From positions 3,456,001-3,520,000 of the forward strand of contig OY760937.1 of NCBI GenBank assembly GCA_963664225.1: 64,000 nucleotides of DNA, given 5' to 3'. The number at the start of each line of letters is the position of its first letter. Positions within the stretch are counted from its first letter, which is position 1. Positions 38,710-48,818 of the stretch are shown piece by piece. Made by a program: the position numbers and the translations under genes. Under the pieces are notes generated by a model. It was not told where the DNA came from. It searched no databases and saw only the letters and a list, made by a program, of their open reading frames with translations. Source of the stretch: Verrucomicrobiia bacterium. Lineage in GTDB: Bacteria; Verrucomicrobiota; Verrucomicrobiia; Limisphaerales; UBA1319.

Positions 38710-39999
38710 TCAGATGGTCCAGCCCTTGCGATAGGCTTGGCTCAACACGGCAGCCGCCTCGGGGACATTGGGCACTGTGAGGTTGGGTCCGTCCCATTCA
38801 AGCCGTTTGCCGGTGCGCAAAGCCACAACACCCAGTAGAACGATCTCAGTTAATGGCCCTGCGTAATCGAAATTCGACTCGGCTGGTTTGCCGCCTTTGC
38901 ACGCTTGCAACCATTCCTGATGGTGATTGACGGAGCGGAGCAGGGTGGGTTGTGGGGATTTGAAATCGCGCGGTTGGGGCATTAACCGGGGTGCGCCACC
39001 CAGCGGTAGAACGATCCGACCTTTGGAACCGATGAAAACGGTGCCGTTTTTAATGCCAGTGCCTGATTCAGCAGCCTCACTGACCATTGGTGCGCCCCCG
39101 TCATACCAATGCAGGCGCACGGCGGGCAGGGGGCCACGCGAGGGAAATTGGTAACGGACAGTGGACGATTTGGGGGCGGATTCGGGGGTCATCCCAATCG
39201 CCTCAGCCTCAACGAGTGCGGGTTGGCCCAGATTCAAGGCCCAGAATGCCGCATCCAGTATGTTGCATCCCATATCGCCCAGAGCGCCATTGCCGAAGTC
39301 CCACCAGCCGCGCCAGTTCATGGGTTGGTAACAAGGATGATAGGGACGTTCGACCGCGGGTCCGAGCCAGAGATCCCAATCCAAATGCGGTGGAACGGGC
39401 GGGGTATCAACAGGCCGGGTGAGGCCCTGGGGCCAGGTGGGCCGGTCGGTCCAGCAATAGACTTCGCCCACCGGGCCGATGACTCCGCCTTGAATCCACT
39501 CCACAGCCTGCCGCGTGCCATCGGCGGAATGGGTCAGGTTGCCCATTTGGGTGGACACCTTGTGTTCACGCGCCGCTTGTGCGATCAACCGGGCTTCGGC
39601 CACCGTATGGGTCAGGGGAGTTTCGCAATAGACATGTCGGCCCGAGCGGATGGAGGCCAGGGTGGCCACCGCGTGAGTATGATCGGCGGTGCTGATCACC
39701 ACGGCCTCGATGTCTTTTTGCTCCAGCATCTTGCGAAAATCGCGATACGGCTTTGCAGCGGGGAATTGCTGTGTGGCTGCGGCGAGGTTGTTCGCGTTGG
39801 TGTCGCATAACGCAACCACGTTTTCACCCGCCAGAGCCGCGAGATTTTCAGCGCCTTGTCCGCCGCAGCCAACAAAAGCGATGTTGAGCTTCCGTCCGGC
39901 CTCCTGACTGCGGAGGAGCGTTGGGAAACTGAATGCCGCACCCCCTGTCAGGAGCGTGGCGCACTCCAAAAAGCGACGTCTTGATAAACCGCTGACCAT
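38710..39999 (-). CDS. Gfo/Idh/MocA family oxidoreductase, Tat-exported
   Basis: SRRRFL Tat motif, VGCGGQG, STADHTH, HVYCETP (the usual EKP reads ETP), WDLWLGP and WRGWWDFGNGALGDMGC. Confidence 0.9.
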   Translation of the reverse strand: MVSGLSRRRFLECATLLTGGAAFSFPTLLRSQEAGRKLNIAFVGCGGQGAENLAALAGENVVALCDTNANNLAAATQQFPAAKPYRDFRKMLEQKDIEAVVISTADHTHAVATLASIRSGRHVYCETPLTHTVAEARLIAQAAREHKVSTQMGNLTHSADGTRQAVEWIQGGVIGPVGEVYCWTDRPTWPQGLTRPVDTPPVPPHLDWDLWLGPAVERPYHPCYQPMNWRGWWDFGNGALGDMGCNILDAAFWALNLGQPALVEAEAIGMTPESAPKSSTVRYQFPSRGPLPAVRLHWYDGGAPMVSEAAESGTGIKNGTVFIGSKGRIVLPLGGAPRLMPQPRDFKSPQPTLLRSVNHHQEWLQACKGGKPAESNFDYAGPLTEIVLLGVVALRTGKRLEWDGPNLTVPNVPEAAAVLSQAYRKGWTI

Positions 40000-40142
40000 A
40001 TTCTTTTTCAAGCTGCACGATGCACAAACACGGCATTATGCCTACCCACCGGACGCCCGCTGCTCAAGAAGAATCGCAAATCCCAATTTTCGCACGAGAA
40101 GGAAAAATGGACGCGCTGCGGTCTTTCGGATAGGATCGGGGC

Positions 40143-40556
40143 ATGGCAGTGGAAATGGAAATTGTTTATGAAGGGGGCCTGCGTTGCAGTGCCAGACATG
40201 GACCTTCGGGCCAGGTGATCGCCACAGACGCTCCCGTGGATAACGGAGGCAATGGGGCGGCGTTTTCGCCCACCGATCTCGTGGGTGCCGCCCTGGGCGC
40301 CTGCATGTTGACCATCATGGGAAAGGTGGCTGACAGGAATGGCATCGACCTGCTGGGAACAAAGGTCCGCGTCACCAAGGAAATGGCCAGCGAGCCGGTG
40401 CGTCGAATCAAACGGCTGGGCGTTGTCATGACGTTGCCGCCCGGATTGACGCTATCGCCCGAAAACCGCGCCAGGCTCGAGAATGCCGCCCACACCTGCC
40501 CGGTGAAGCAAAGTCTGCACCCCGATGTCGTGCTCGACATCGTATTTGAGGGTTAG
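40143..40556 (+). CDS. OsmC family protein
   Basis: TDAPVDNGG...FSPTDL..AALGAC and CPVKQSL. Confidence 0.9.
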   Translation: MAVEMEIVYEGGLRCSARHGPSGQVIATDAPVDNGGNGAAFSPTDLVGAALGACMLTIMGKVADRNGIDLLGTKVRVTKEMASEPVRRIKRLGVVMTLPPGLTLSPENRARLENAAHTCPVKQSLHPDVVLDIVFEG

Positions 40557-40793
40557 TCGCAGGTTCAATATTTTGCAGGAGCTGCCGCCAGGCAATCGTA
40601 ATATCGCCGATGGCGTTCAAGACGGCTTTGCGAACAAAGCCTTCAAGCAAACTCTTTAAAAGGCCGATGTTGATTTCATGCGCCGAATCGCTAAGATGCG
40701 ATTCGCGGGAACGTTATGATTTGGAATGTGATTTGCATTTGGCCGTTCCATTCGCTGTAGTGGGGAGTCAGAGCCCTTGAAAACCGATAAAAT

Positions 40794-41666
40794 ATGCCTG
40801 CTGCGTTAAGCACCAGTGAAGAAGCCCAGTTGATGCAGACGATTGAGATGTTCGAAGTGATCACTCAATCGCAGCCTCTGGACTATCAATCCTTGGAAAT
40901 TCTCAAGGAGGCCTATTTCAAGCTCGGTCAGCACAAGGAGGTCATCAACACTGCAAAACGCATCGCCCAGGCCTACGTTCAGTTGGGCCAGCTTTCCTCT
41001 GCCATTTTCGAATACGAAAGTGTCCTGCAACTCTTTCCCGGCGATCCGGATGTCATCCAGGCCCTGTCGCAAATCGAAAACCGCGCCGGCAGCATCTCCG
41101 ATCATCCTCCGGAAGTTGAAGCGCCCGACAAGAAAACCACCGAATCGGTCAGGTTTTCGGCCAATCCCAACAATTCCACCCCGGCCATGCAATCCTCTGG
41201 AGCTTCACCGGCCGATGTGGATGATGGGCGCAAGATCATGAGCAAGCTCTTTGTGGACGGCAAGCACATGACCGAAGGAGATTTCAACCGGTATTGGCGC
41301 ACACCGCCGTTGAACGATTCGCCGTCGCAGGTCATTCCGCCGTTTGTCATTGTCCTGGCCGACAAAGGGATTTTGCCGCTGGAAAAAACGGTCAAGATCG
41401 TCATGGACAAGGCCCGTCTGGGATTCCTGCCCATCGATCGCTACGAAGTGGACATGGACGTGGCCCGCAGCGTTCCCAAGGAGATCTGCCGACGCTGGTG
41501 CGTCCTGCCCTTCGATCGGATGAGCAAATCCACTCTGGTGGCCACCGCCAATCCCTTCAATAAACAGGCCGTTCGGGAGTTGGAGCAGGTCACTCAGACG
41601 CGCCTTCTCTGGTATATGGCCAACCCTCCCGACCTGGTTAAATCCATACAATCCATATTTCGCTGA
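40794..41666 (+). CDS. TPR-like N-terminus plus T2SSE_N/MshEN-like C-terminal domain protein
   Basis: Helical-repeat N-terminus (LKEAYFKLG, AQAYVQLGQLSSAIFEYE). C-terminal VPKEICRRWCVLPFDR...LVATANPFN resembles the PilB N-domain of the next gene. Confidence 0.7.
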   Translation: MPAALSTSEEAQLMQTIEMFEVITQSQPLDYQSLEILKEAYFKLGQHKEVINTAKRIAQAYVQLGQLSSAIFEYESVLQLFPGDPDVIQALSQIENRAGSISDHPPEVEAPDKKTTESVRFSANPNNSTPAMQSSGASPADVDDGRKIMSKLFVDGKHMTEGDFNRYWRTPPLNDSPSQVIPPFVIVLADKGILPLEKTVKIVMDKARLGFLPIDRYEVDMDVARSVPKEICRRWCVLPFDRMSKSTLVATANPFNKQAVRELEQVTQTRLLWYMANPPDLVKSIQSIFR

Positions 41667-41677
41667 CACACCCACCC

Positions 41678-43414
41678 ATGACGGCCATCAAGACATTCGG
41701 GGAACGCATTGCTGACGCACTGATCGAAGACGGTCTGATGACGCAGGCGCAATTGACCGAATTGCTTCAATTACAGAAGAAAGAGGGCACCCGCCTGGTG
41801 AAGCTCATTTCCGAGAAGGCGGGCGTCAACGAGATCGATATGATCGTCTCGATGGGCCGCGTCCTGAGCACCGCCCCCATCAACCTGAGCCGGGTCACCA
41901 TTCCACCCGAAATTGCCGCCATGGTTCCGCATGACATGGCCGTGAACCACAAAGTGCTCCCCGTATCCCGATGGGAGAACCGCCTTTACCTGGCCATGGC
42001 CGACCCCTTGAACGTGCTCGCGCTTGACGATATCAAGCGCATCACGCACATGGAAGTCACGCCGATGATCGCCAGCGAGAAGTCGATCATCGACAAGATC
42101 AACAGCCTCAACACCTCCAAAGGCTCCATTGAGGACATCATTCTCGACGCCCAAAAACTCGCGGATGCCGATTCGGAATCCGACAACCTGGAATTAAAGA
42201 AGGAAGACACCGAAAACGTCAGCTTGGATCAACTGGCCGCATCGACCGAGGAGGCCCCGGTCATCAAACTGGCCAACCTGATCCTCGTTCAGGCCATCAA
42301 GGATCGTGCCAGCGATATTCATCTCGAGCCTTTTGAAAAGACCGTGCGCTTGCGCTATCGCATCGACGGCGCGCTCATGGACATGACTCCGCCCCCCAAG
42401 TCCATGCAGATGGCGCTGACCTCCCGGCTCAAAATCATGAGCAACCTCGACATCGCTGAGCGCCGCATGCCCCAAGACGGACGCATGCGCGTGCGCGTCA
42501 CAGGCCGGGACATCGATTTGCGTGTATCGTTCCTGCCCACCGTGCATGGCGAGAAATGCGTGTTGCGCGTCTTGGACAAGTCCAATCTCTCCGCCACCAT
42601 GGACAAGTTGGGGATGGATGCCGTCACCTTTAAACAATTCAAAGGTGCCGTGGACGCCCCGCACGGCCTGCTGCTGGTCACAGGCCCCACCGGCTCGGGC
42701 AAGACCACCACACTTTACTCCGCACTGAACGAGCTCAACAATCCCGAATTCAACATCATCACCGTTGAAGACCCCGTCGAATTTCAGATACCGGGCATCA
42801 ACCAGGTCCCCGTTCGCAAGGATATCGGGCTGACCTTCGCCAACGCGCTGCGCTCCATTCTGCGTCAGGATCCGGACATCATCATGATTGGTGAAATCCG
42901 GGATACGGAAACCGCCGAGATCGCCGTGGAAGCCGCGCTCACGGGTCACCAGGTGCTCAGCACCATGCATTGCAATGACGCCCCGGGCGCCATCTCCCGC
43001 CTGGACGACATGAACATTGCGCCCTTCCTGATCTCCTCCTCCGTGATCCTCTCCTGTGCCCAGCGCCTCATGCGCCGCATTTGCCCGGCCTGCAAGGAGC
43101 CGGTGACCTATCCTCGAAAAATGTTCGAGGATCTGGACATTAACCCCGGGCTGTTTGAGGGAGCCGCCCTTTATCGCGGACGCGGCTGCGAGCGGTGCAA
43201 GAAAACCGGCTATGCGGGTCGCCTGGCCATCATCGAGGCCATGACAGTGAGTGACGAAATTCGCAAGCTGATCATCGATCGTGCCGGGGCCATGGACATC
43301 GGTAAAATGGCGATTGCGCAAGGCATGAAAGTGCTCCGCACCGTCGCGCTGGAAAAAGCCCGCGAGGGCCTCACCACCCTCGAACAGGTTTTGGTCATGA
43401 CCGCCAATCATTAA
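41678..43414 (+). CDS. pilB: Type IV pilus / type II secretion assembly ATPase (PilB/GspE)
   Basis: ASDIHLEP, ERRMPQDGR, Walker A GPTGSGKTTT, EDPVE, LRQDPDIIMIGEIRD, His box and Zn-binding CxxC pairs. Confidence 0.9.
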   Translation: MTAIKTFGERIADALIEDGLMTQAQLTELLQLQKKEGTRLVKLISEKAGVNEIDMIVSMGRVLSTAPINLSRVTIPPEIAAMVPHDMAVNHKVLPVSRWENRLYLAMADPLNVLALDDIKRITHMEVTPMIASEKSIIDKINSLNTSKGSIEDIILDAQKLADADSESDNLELKKEDTENVSLDQLAASTEEAPVIKLANLILVQAIKDRASDIHLEPFEKTVRLRYRIDGALMDMTPPPKSMQMALTSRLKIMSNLDIAERRMPQDGRMRVRVTGRDIDLRVSFLPTVHGEKCVLRVLDKSNLSATMDKLGMDAVTFKQFKGAVDAPHGLLLVTGPTGSGKTTTLYSALNELNNPEFNIITVEDPVEFQIPGINQVPVRKDIGLTFANALRSILRQDPDIIMIGEIRDTETAEIAVEAALTGHQVLSTMHCNDAPGAISRLDDMNIAPFLISSSVILSCAQRLMRRICPACKEPVTYPRKMFEDLDINPGLFEGAALYRGRGCERCKKTGYAGRLAIIEAMTVSDEIRKLIIDRAGAMDIGKMAIAQGMKVLRTVALEKAREGLTTLEQVLVMTANH

Positions 43415-43519
43415 TGGGCCGCCAGACCGAATTGGCATTTGAATTGGTGCGGGTCCTGGATGCAAGCCGCACCGCGCCGCGCCGGCGAATGCGGGACAAA
43501 AGATCGAATTGAAATGCTA

Positions 43520-43993
43520 ATGGCACAGTGGCAATCCATCGTCGCGCGCGTTGTGCAGGGCCACCGGGTCGCCTCGGGACTCAATGGGGACCCGCGCTTT
43601 CCGGGGGGCACACTCCAGATGCAGATTCCTTACTTTCTCGCCCTTGGTCTGGATCTCCGTCCCTTTTATCCCGGCACGTTGAATGTCAGCATCGCCCCGT
43701 GCCGCTACCGCGTGGTCAAGGCGCGCCATACCTTCGTCAACGTAAAATGGCACCCCACGGAACCGGCCGAGGACTTTTCGTTTTTTGATGTGCGCCTCGG
43801 GCGTCCTGACGCTCCGTCCCTTGAGGGGTTTATCTATTATCCGCACCCCCAAACCAAGCCGGAGCATTTTCAGCAACCGGGCGTGCTGGAACTGCTGTTT
43901 CCCTATTTGGAATCCATGTCCTACGGCGATGAGGTGCGCCTGGAAATACCCGCATCGCAAATGGCCATTGAGTGTTCCAATGTCCACCCATGA
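43520..43993 (+). CDS. Hypothetical protein resembling the CTP-dependent riboflavin kinase fold
   Basis: RVVQGHRVASG...FYPGTLNV...YYPHP..K..H...LEL...GDEV. Confidence 0.6.
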   Translation: MAQWQSIVARVVQGHRVASGLNGDPRFPGGTLQMQIPYFLALGLDLRPFYPGTLNVSIAPCRYRVVKARHTFVNVKWHPTEPAEDFSFFDVRLGRPDAPSLEGFIYYPHPQTKPEHFQQPGVLELLFPYLESMSYGDEVRLEIPASQMAIECSNVHP

Positions 43994-44048
43994 AGAGGCG
44001 TGTTGTCGAATTTCGCCCTCCTAAAACCACAAGAGCGTCATAATCCGC

Positions 44049-45926
44049 ATGAGAAATTATTTGAAAAATATTCACCGAGCCACCTTGCTGGCTCTGGCCG
44101 TCAACCTGGCCTTCCTTGTCCGTTGTGGCGCAGGCGATTTATCGATTGGCCGCTTCGGCAGCACCAACTACGGCGATTGGAAGATGACCGGAACGGCGTT
44201 CAAACCGGGACCGGCTTCAGGCGGGCTCCTGCCAAAGTTGGAAATTGAAAACTCCTCCGATGATCGAGTGGTCAGCAGCGAGATTGAAGGGGACGCGCCA
44301 ACGGGCACACTCACCTCGCCGGAATTCAAGATTGCGCGGAAATACATCGCCTTTCGCATCGGTGGCGGCGATTACGAGCGTCATACCTGCCTGAACCTCC
44401 TTGTCCACGGCAAAATCGTCCGCAGCGCGACAGGCTGGAGAAGCGATCGGCTGGTGCCCGCCAGTTGGGATGTGAGCCGGTTCAAGGGCCAGAAGGCGAA
44501 AATCCAGATCGTGGACGAGGCCAGCGGCGATTGGGGGCATATCAATGCGGACCACATGGTTCAGACCGATACTCCGGAGCGGTTGCCCGTGGTGACCGAG
44601 CCGCTTTACAGGGAGCCTTTGCGGCCGCAGTTTCATTTCACGGCCCGGCATTGGACCATGGACCGGCTCAATCCGCGCGAACGCCAGGAAGGTTGGATCA
44701 ATGACCTGAACGGTTTGATTTATTACGATGGCGAGTATCACCTCTTTGCACAGCGCTGGGCCAAATGCTGGCTTCACGCCGTGAGCCGTGACCTGGTTCA
44801 CTGGACCGAACTGGAACCCGCTTTCTGGGAGGAGACCTTGGACAGCGGTGTTCAGTCGGGAACCTGTGTCGTCGATTACAACAACACCTCGGGCCTCTCA
44901 CCCAACAAGACCACACCACCCATGATCGCGTTCTGGTCGAGGTTCGATAATCGCACCCAGTGCCTTTCCTATAGCCTGGATCATGGACGCACCTGGAAAC
45001 GGTATGAAAAGAATCCGCTGATGATTCGCCCTGAGCGCGATCCCAAGGTCTTCTGGTATGCCCCGGGCAACCATTGGGTCATGATGCTCTATGGAGACAG
45101 CCAATATCATATTCTGACCTCCACGAATTTGTTGAATTGGAAGGACGAGCGCAAACCCATCAAGGACAGCTTCGAGTGCCCGGACTTCTTTGAACTCCCT
45201 GTGGACGGAGATCGCGCCAATATGAAATGGGTGCTGATTCAGGGCAGTGGAAAATACTCCATCGGCGCCTTCGATGGCGTCGAGTTCAAGGAAGAGACCT
45301 CCCGGTATTCATGTGACATCGGACCCAATTTCTATGCCACGCAGAGCTGGGGCAATGTGGAAACGGGAGATGGGCGCAGGATTCAGACCGCCTGGATGCG
45401 GTTTTCGCAATTCCCGGACATGCCGTTCAACCAGATGGTGAGCTTTCCCTGTGAACTGACCCTGCGCAGTACGCCCAATGGCCCGCGCATATTTCGCGAA
45501 CCCATCCGTGAAATCGCAAATCTTCACAGAGGGCAGGACACATGGACGAATCGCACATTGAAGGCCGATCAGGCGCTGCCGCTGGAACCGTCTGGTCGAT
45601 TGTTTCACATCCAGGCCAGACTCAGCATTCCTGACGGGACCAAACTGATTTTCAATATTCGCGGTGTTCCCGTCATTCTGACCTCCAGAACGATCGAATC
45701 TGGAACCAGTCCGGCCTCAGTAGTGGACCGGATCAAGACGGTGGAAATCCTGGTGGACCGCACTTCCATTGAGGTGTTCGTCAACGGCGGCGAGATTTCA
45801 TCCACCCGGTTTGTTCTGCCCAAGGACAACGGCATTTCAGTAAAAGCCGAGGGAGGGTCCGTCACTATTCAGTCGCTCAACGTATGGCCTCTCAATTCGG
45901 CTTGGGCGAAAGGTTCGGGGGATTAA
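44049..45926 (+). CDS. Glycoside hydrolase family 32 (levanase/beta-fructosidase)
   Basis: WINDLNG, HAVSRDLVHW, SGTCVVD, RDPKVFW and ECPDFF; signal peptide. Confidence 0.92.
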   Translation: MRNYLKNIHRATLLALAVNLAFLVRCGAGDLSIGRFGSTNYGDWKMTGTAFKPGPASGGLLPKLEIENSSDDRVVSSEIEGDAPTGTLTSPEFKIARKYIAFRIGGGDYERHTCLNLLVHGKIVRSATGWRSDRLVPASWDVSRFKGQKAKIQIVDEASGDWGHINADHMVQTDTPERLPVVTEPLYREPLRPQFHFTARHWTMDRLNPRERQEGWINDLNGLIYYDGEYHLFAQRWAKCWLHAVSRDLVHWTELEPAFWEETLDSGVQSGTCVVDYNNTSGLSPNKTTPPMIAFWSRFDNRTQCLSYSLDHGRTWKRYEKNPLMIRPERDPKVFWYAPGNHWVMMLYGDSQYHILTSTNLLNWKDERKPIKDSFECPDFFELPVDGDRANMKWVLIQGSGKYSIGAFDGVEFKEETSRYSCDIGPNFYATQSWGNVETGDGRRIQTAWMRFSQFPDMPFNQMVSFPCELTLRSTPNGPRIFREPIREIANLHRGQDTWTNRTLKADQALPLEPSGRLFHIQARLSIPDGTKLIFNIRGVPVILTSRTIESGTSPASVVDRIKTVEILVDRTSIEVFVNGGEISSTRFVLPKDNGISVKAEGGSVTIQSLNVWPLNSAWAKGSGD

Positions 45927-46072
45927 AATGACAACACCTCCGCAGAATGAACGGGGATCATGGCGAACCGCCAATGACCGTGCATCTACACTGGCAGATG
46001 CAATTTCAACCAATAAACAGGGTGGTTGGATTTGACCTCCGCCGTTTTCCTTCCGCGACCAGGGACCAGAGG

Positions 46073-46507
46073 TCAGAAATCGGAGGTTAAAGGCCAGGTA
46101 TGGGTTGGAAAACGAAAGTCGTCTTCCCGGGCGGTTTCGATCCTGCCGGAGGAAAAGATCATAAGTCTGGCCTCCGGCGACAAGGCCATGCTGGCGGTCG
46201 CAAACCCTGGTGGAACCTCGAGAATTTGAGGGTTATTGGCAGATAACTTGAATTGTTGCACTGGCAAATGGGCCGATGGGTTTTGCCAGTCATCCGGTTG
46301 AACGACGGCGACCAAATACTCTCCATTGACCGCAAAAAACCATTTCCAATCCCTTTGGTGTCCCACCCAGCCCCGCAGCTCGTTGGGGCGAGCCGGGCAG
46401 ATGGTGTAAAACCGATCCACCAATTCAAAGTCAAAGGCATTGACGTGGCGGACCTCGCCGCGCGCGTCAGAGTGCAGGCCGCCGTCGATCAATTTTGGAA
46501 ACGCCAT
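46073..46507 (-). CDS. Cupin-fold sugar epimerase/isomerase (RmlC/WxcM-like)
   Basis: HSDARG, RFY, RGWVGH, KWF and LEVPPGFA. Confidence 0.75.
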   Translation of the reverse strand: MAFPKLIDGGLHSDARGEVRHVNAFDFELVDRFYTICPARPNELRGWVGHQRDWKWFFAVNGEYLVAVVQPDDWQNPSAHLPVQQFKLSANNPQILEVPPGFATASMALSPEARLMIFSSGRIETAREDDFRFPTHTWPLTSDF

Positions 46508-46519
46508 TTGAAAAAGAAG

Positions 46520-47647
46520 TCAGAGGTCCGATTTCTTCCAGATGACCTGGTTGATGTAATCGACGTAGCTGAGGATGATGCGGACGACCTTTTCGGACAC
46601 GTTGGGCATGCTGTAGTCTTCCACAAGCCGGAGGGTGCGTTTGGCGCCGCGCTCCTGGCTGCGCAGGACGGCCAGGGCTTGCTGCACATTTGCCAGATTC
46701 ATTCCCGTCATGATGACGGACGCCTCTTCCATGCCCTCGGGACGTTCGTGGGCCTCCCGGATGTTGAGCGCCGGGAAATTCATGATGGAAGATTCCTCGG
46801 TGATGGTGCCGCTGTCGGAGAGCACGGCGATGGATTCGATCTGGAGTTTTACGTAATCGCTCAGACCAAAAGGCTTGTGCAGCTCCACCTCCGGGCGGAG
46901 TTTGACGCCTTCGGACTCCAGGCGTTTGCGAGTGCGCGGGTGGGTGGAAAAGATGATGCGTTTGCCGTATTCGGTCGCGAGGCCGTTGAGCACCTCAACG
47001 AGCTTCGCAAACTGGCGCGGGGAATCGACGTTTTCTTCCCGATGGGCGCTGACGACAAAGTAATCCCGTTCTTTAAGACCAAGTTTTTGCAGAATTTCCG
47101 ATTTTTGGATTTTGGGCAGGTAATGATGCAGGACCTCAAACATGGGGCTGCCGGTCTTGATGACGCGATCCGGCGGCAGGCCTTCGCGCAGCAGGTATTC
47201 CCGTGAAATGGCGCTGTAGGGAAGGTTGATGTCTGAAATATGATCGACGATCTTGCGGTTGATCTCCTCGGGCACACGCTGGTCGAAGCAACGGTTTCCG
47301 GCCTCCATGTGGAACACCGGGACTTTGCGCCGCTTGGCCGGATAGGCCGCCAGACAACTATTGGTGTCCCCAAGGATGACGAGGGCATCGGGTTTCTCCT
47401 GTGCGATCACGGCGTCCGACCGGGCAATGATCTGGCCAACGGTCTCGGCGGCGTTTGCGCCCGCAGCCTCGAGGAAGTGATCCGGTTTGCGGATTTCGAG
47501 GTCCTCGAAGAACACCTGGTTCAGCTCGAAATCGTAGTTTTGTCCGGTGTGGACCAGAATATGTCTGGTGTGGCGGTCCAGAGCGGCAATCACGCGCGAA
47601 AGGCGGATGATCTCGGGCCGGGTGCCAAGAATGGTCATTACTTTCAT
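46520..47647 (-). CDS. fnlC: UDP-N-acetylhexosamine 2-epimerase (FnlC/WbjD/Cap5G type)
   Basis: [39 protein letters not shown] and DSGTITEE. Confidence 0.9.
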   Translation of the reverse strand: MKVMTILGTRPEIIRLSRVIAALDRHTRHILVHTGQNYDFELNQVFFEDLEIRKPDHFLEAAGANAAETVGQIIARSDAVIAQEKPDALVILGDTNSCLAAYPAKRRKVPVFHMEAGNRCFDQRVPEEINRKIVDHISDINLPYSAISREYLLREGLPPDRVIKTGSPMFEVLHHYLPKIQKSEILQKLGLKERDYFVVSAHREENVDSPRQFAKLVEVLNGLATEYGKRIIFSTHPRTRKRLESEGVKLRPEVELHKPFGLSDYVKLQIESIAVLSDSGTITEESSIMNFPALNIREAHERPEGMEEASVIMTGMNLANVQQALAVLRSQERGAKRTLRLVEDYSMPNVSEKVVRIILSYVDYINQVIWKKSDL

Positions 47648-47702
47648 ATGAAATAGAGGTCAGCGGGCAGAACGTAAGGTCATGGGAACATCCCATCCTG
47701 CT

Positions 47703-48812
47703 TTATAGTACGTTTTTGAAATAGGTGTCCGGGATTGTCGGATCAAAAATCTCGCTCGCCCAAAAAAGGACGATCATTTCGGTGGCGCCCACGTTCTCGA
47801 TGGAATGGGTGTAGCCGGGAGGGATGTCCACGACGCGGAAGTCGCGACCGCTGACCTTGTGCTCAATAATCCCGCCATTCAGGATGTGCCGGAAGCGAAT
47901 GACAGCCTCGCCTTCCACCACCATGAATTTCTCTGTTTTTGTATGGTGGTAATGGTTGCCGCGGGTGATGCCCGGCTTGGTGCGGGAAACGAAAATTTGA
48001 CCGAATTGGGCCGACTTCATGAATTCCGCCAGGCAGCCGCGATTGTCCGTTTTGATTTCCAGTCCGTATGCAAAATCAGGTCCGTCCAGATAGCTGAGAT
48101 AGGTGGCGTAAAGACAGCGGGTGAACGCGTCATCCATGGGCGGAAGCCTCAGGGTCGTCCTGGACTCTCGGAAGGAACGTATCTTCGCCGCCAGTTCACC
48201 CAGCGTGACTTTGAAAGAACGCTCCACACCCCGGAATTCACCACCAGTTGGCTGTTCTTCCATCGTTTTGAGGAACGCCTCAACCACATCATCGATATAC
48301 ACCAGTTCGAGTTCGCGCGAGGGATCCGAAATGGAGACCGGCAGGCCGTGGGCAATGTTGTGGCAGAATGTGGCTGTCACAGAGTTGTAGTTGGGGCGGC
48401 ACCATTTTCCGAAAACGTTCTTCAAACGGAAAATGACGGCGGACGCACCCGTGCGCTCCGCCCAGGACATTAGCGCCTCTTCGGCCATTCGTTTGCTGAC
48501 GCCATAGGGATTGTCGAGTTCCGCCTGGATCGAGGAGGACATGACCACCAGGGGGGTGCGTTTCATGGCTTCCAGTCTCGTGCAGATTTGCTCCGTGAAT
48601 CCCGTGTTGCCTTGTTTGAACTCATCCACATTTTGCGGGCGGTTCACCCCCGCCAGATGGAAAATGATATCCGCCTGCGCCAGTGCGGCCTCGAGCTCGG
48701 AATCGGAAACGCCAAGGTCGTATCCAATGGCGCGCACGTTTTGGTTGCGGCCAAGGGCCTCCATCAGGTGCCTGCCAATAAATCCAGCGGAGCCAGTAAC
48801 TAATATAATCAT
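47703..48812 (-). CDS. fnlB: NAD-dependent epimerase/reductase with C-terminal cupin (FnlB/WbjC/Cap5F type)
   Basis: TGSAGFIG, HLAGVNRP, YGVSK, NVFGKWCRPNYNS and RGNHYHHTKTEKF. Confidence 0.9.
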   Translation of the reverse strand: MIILVTGSAGFIGRHLMEALGRNQNVRAIGYDLGVSDSELEAALAQADIIFHLAGVNRPQNVDEFKQGNTGFTEQICTRLEAMKRTPLVVMSSSIQAELDNPYGVSKRMAEEALMSWAERTGASAVIFRLKNVFGKWCRPNYNSVTATFCHNIAHGLPVSISDPSRELELVYIDDVVEAFLKTMEEQPTGGEFRGVERSFKVTLGELAAKIRSFRESRTTLRLPPMDDAFTRCLYATYLSYLDGPDFAYGLEIKTDNRGCLAEFMKSAQFGQIFVSRTKPGITRGNHYHHTKTEKFMVVEGEAVIRFRHILNGGIIEHKVSGRDFRVVDIPPGYTHSIENVGATEMIVLFWASEIFDPTIPDTYFKNVL

Positions 48813-48818
48813 GTGAGT

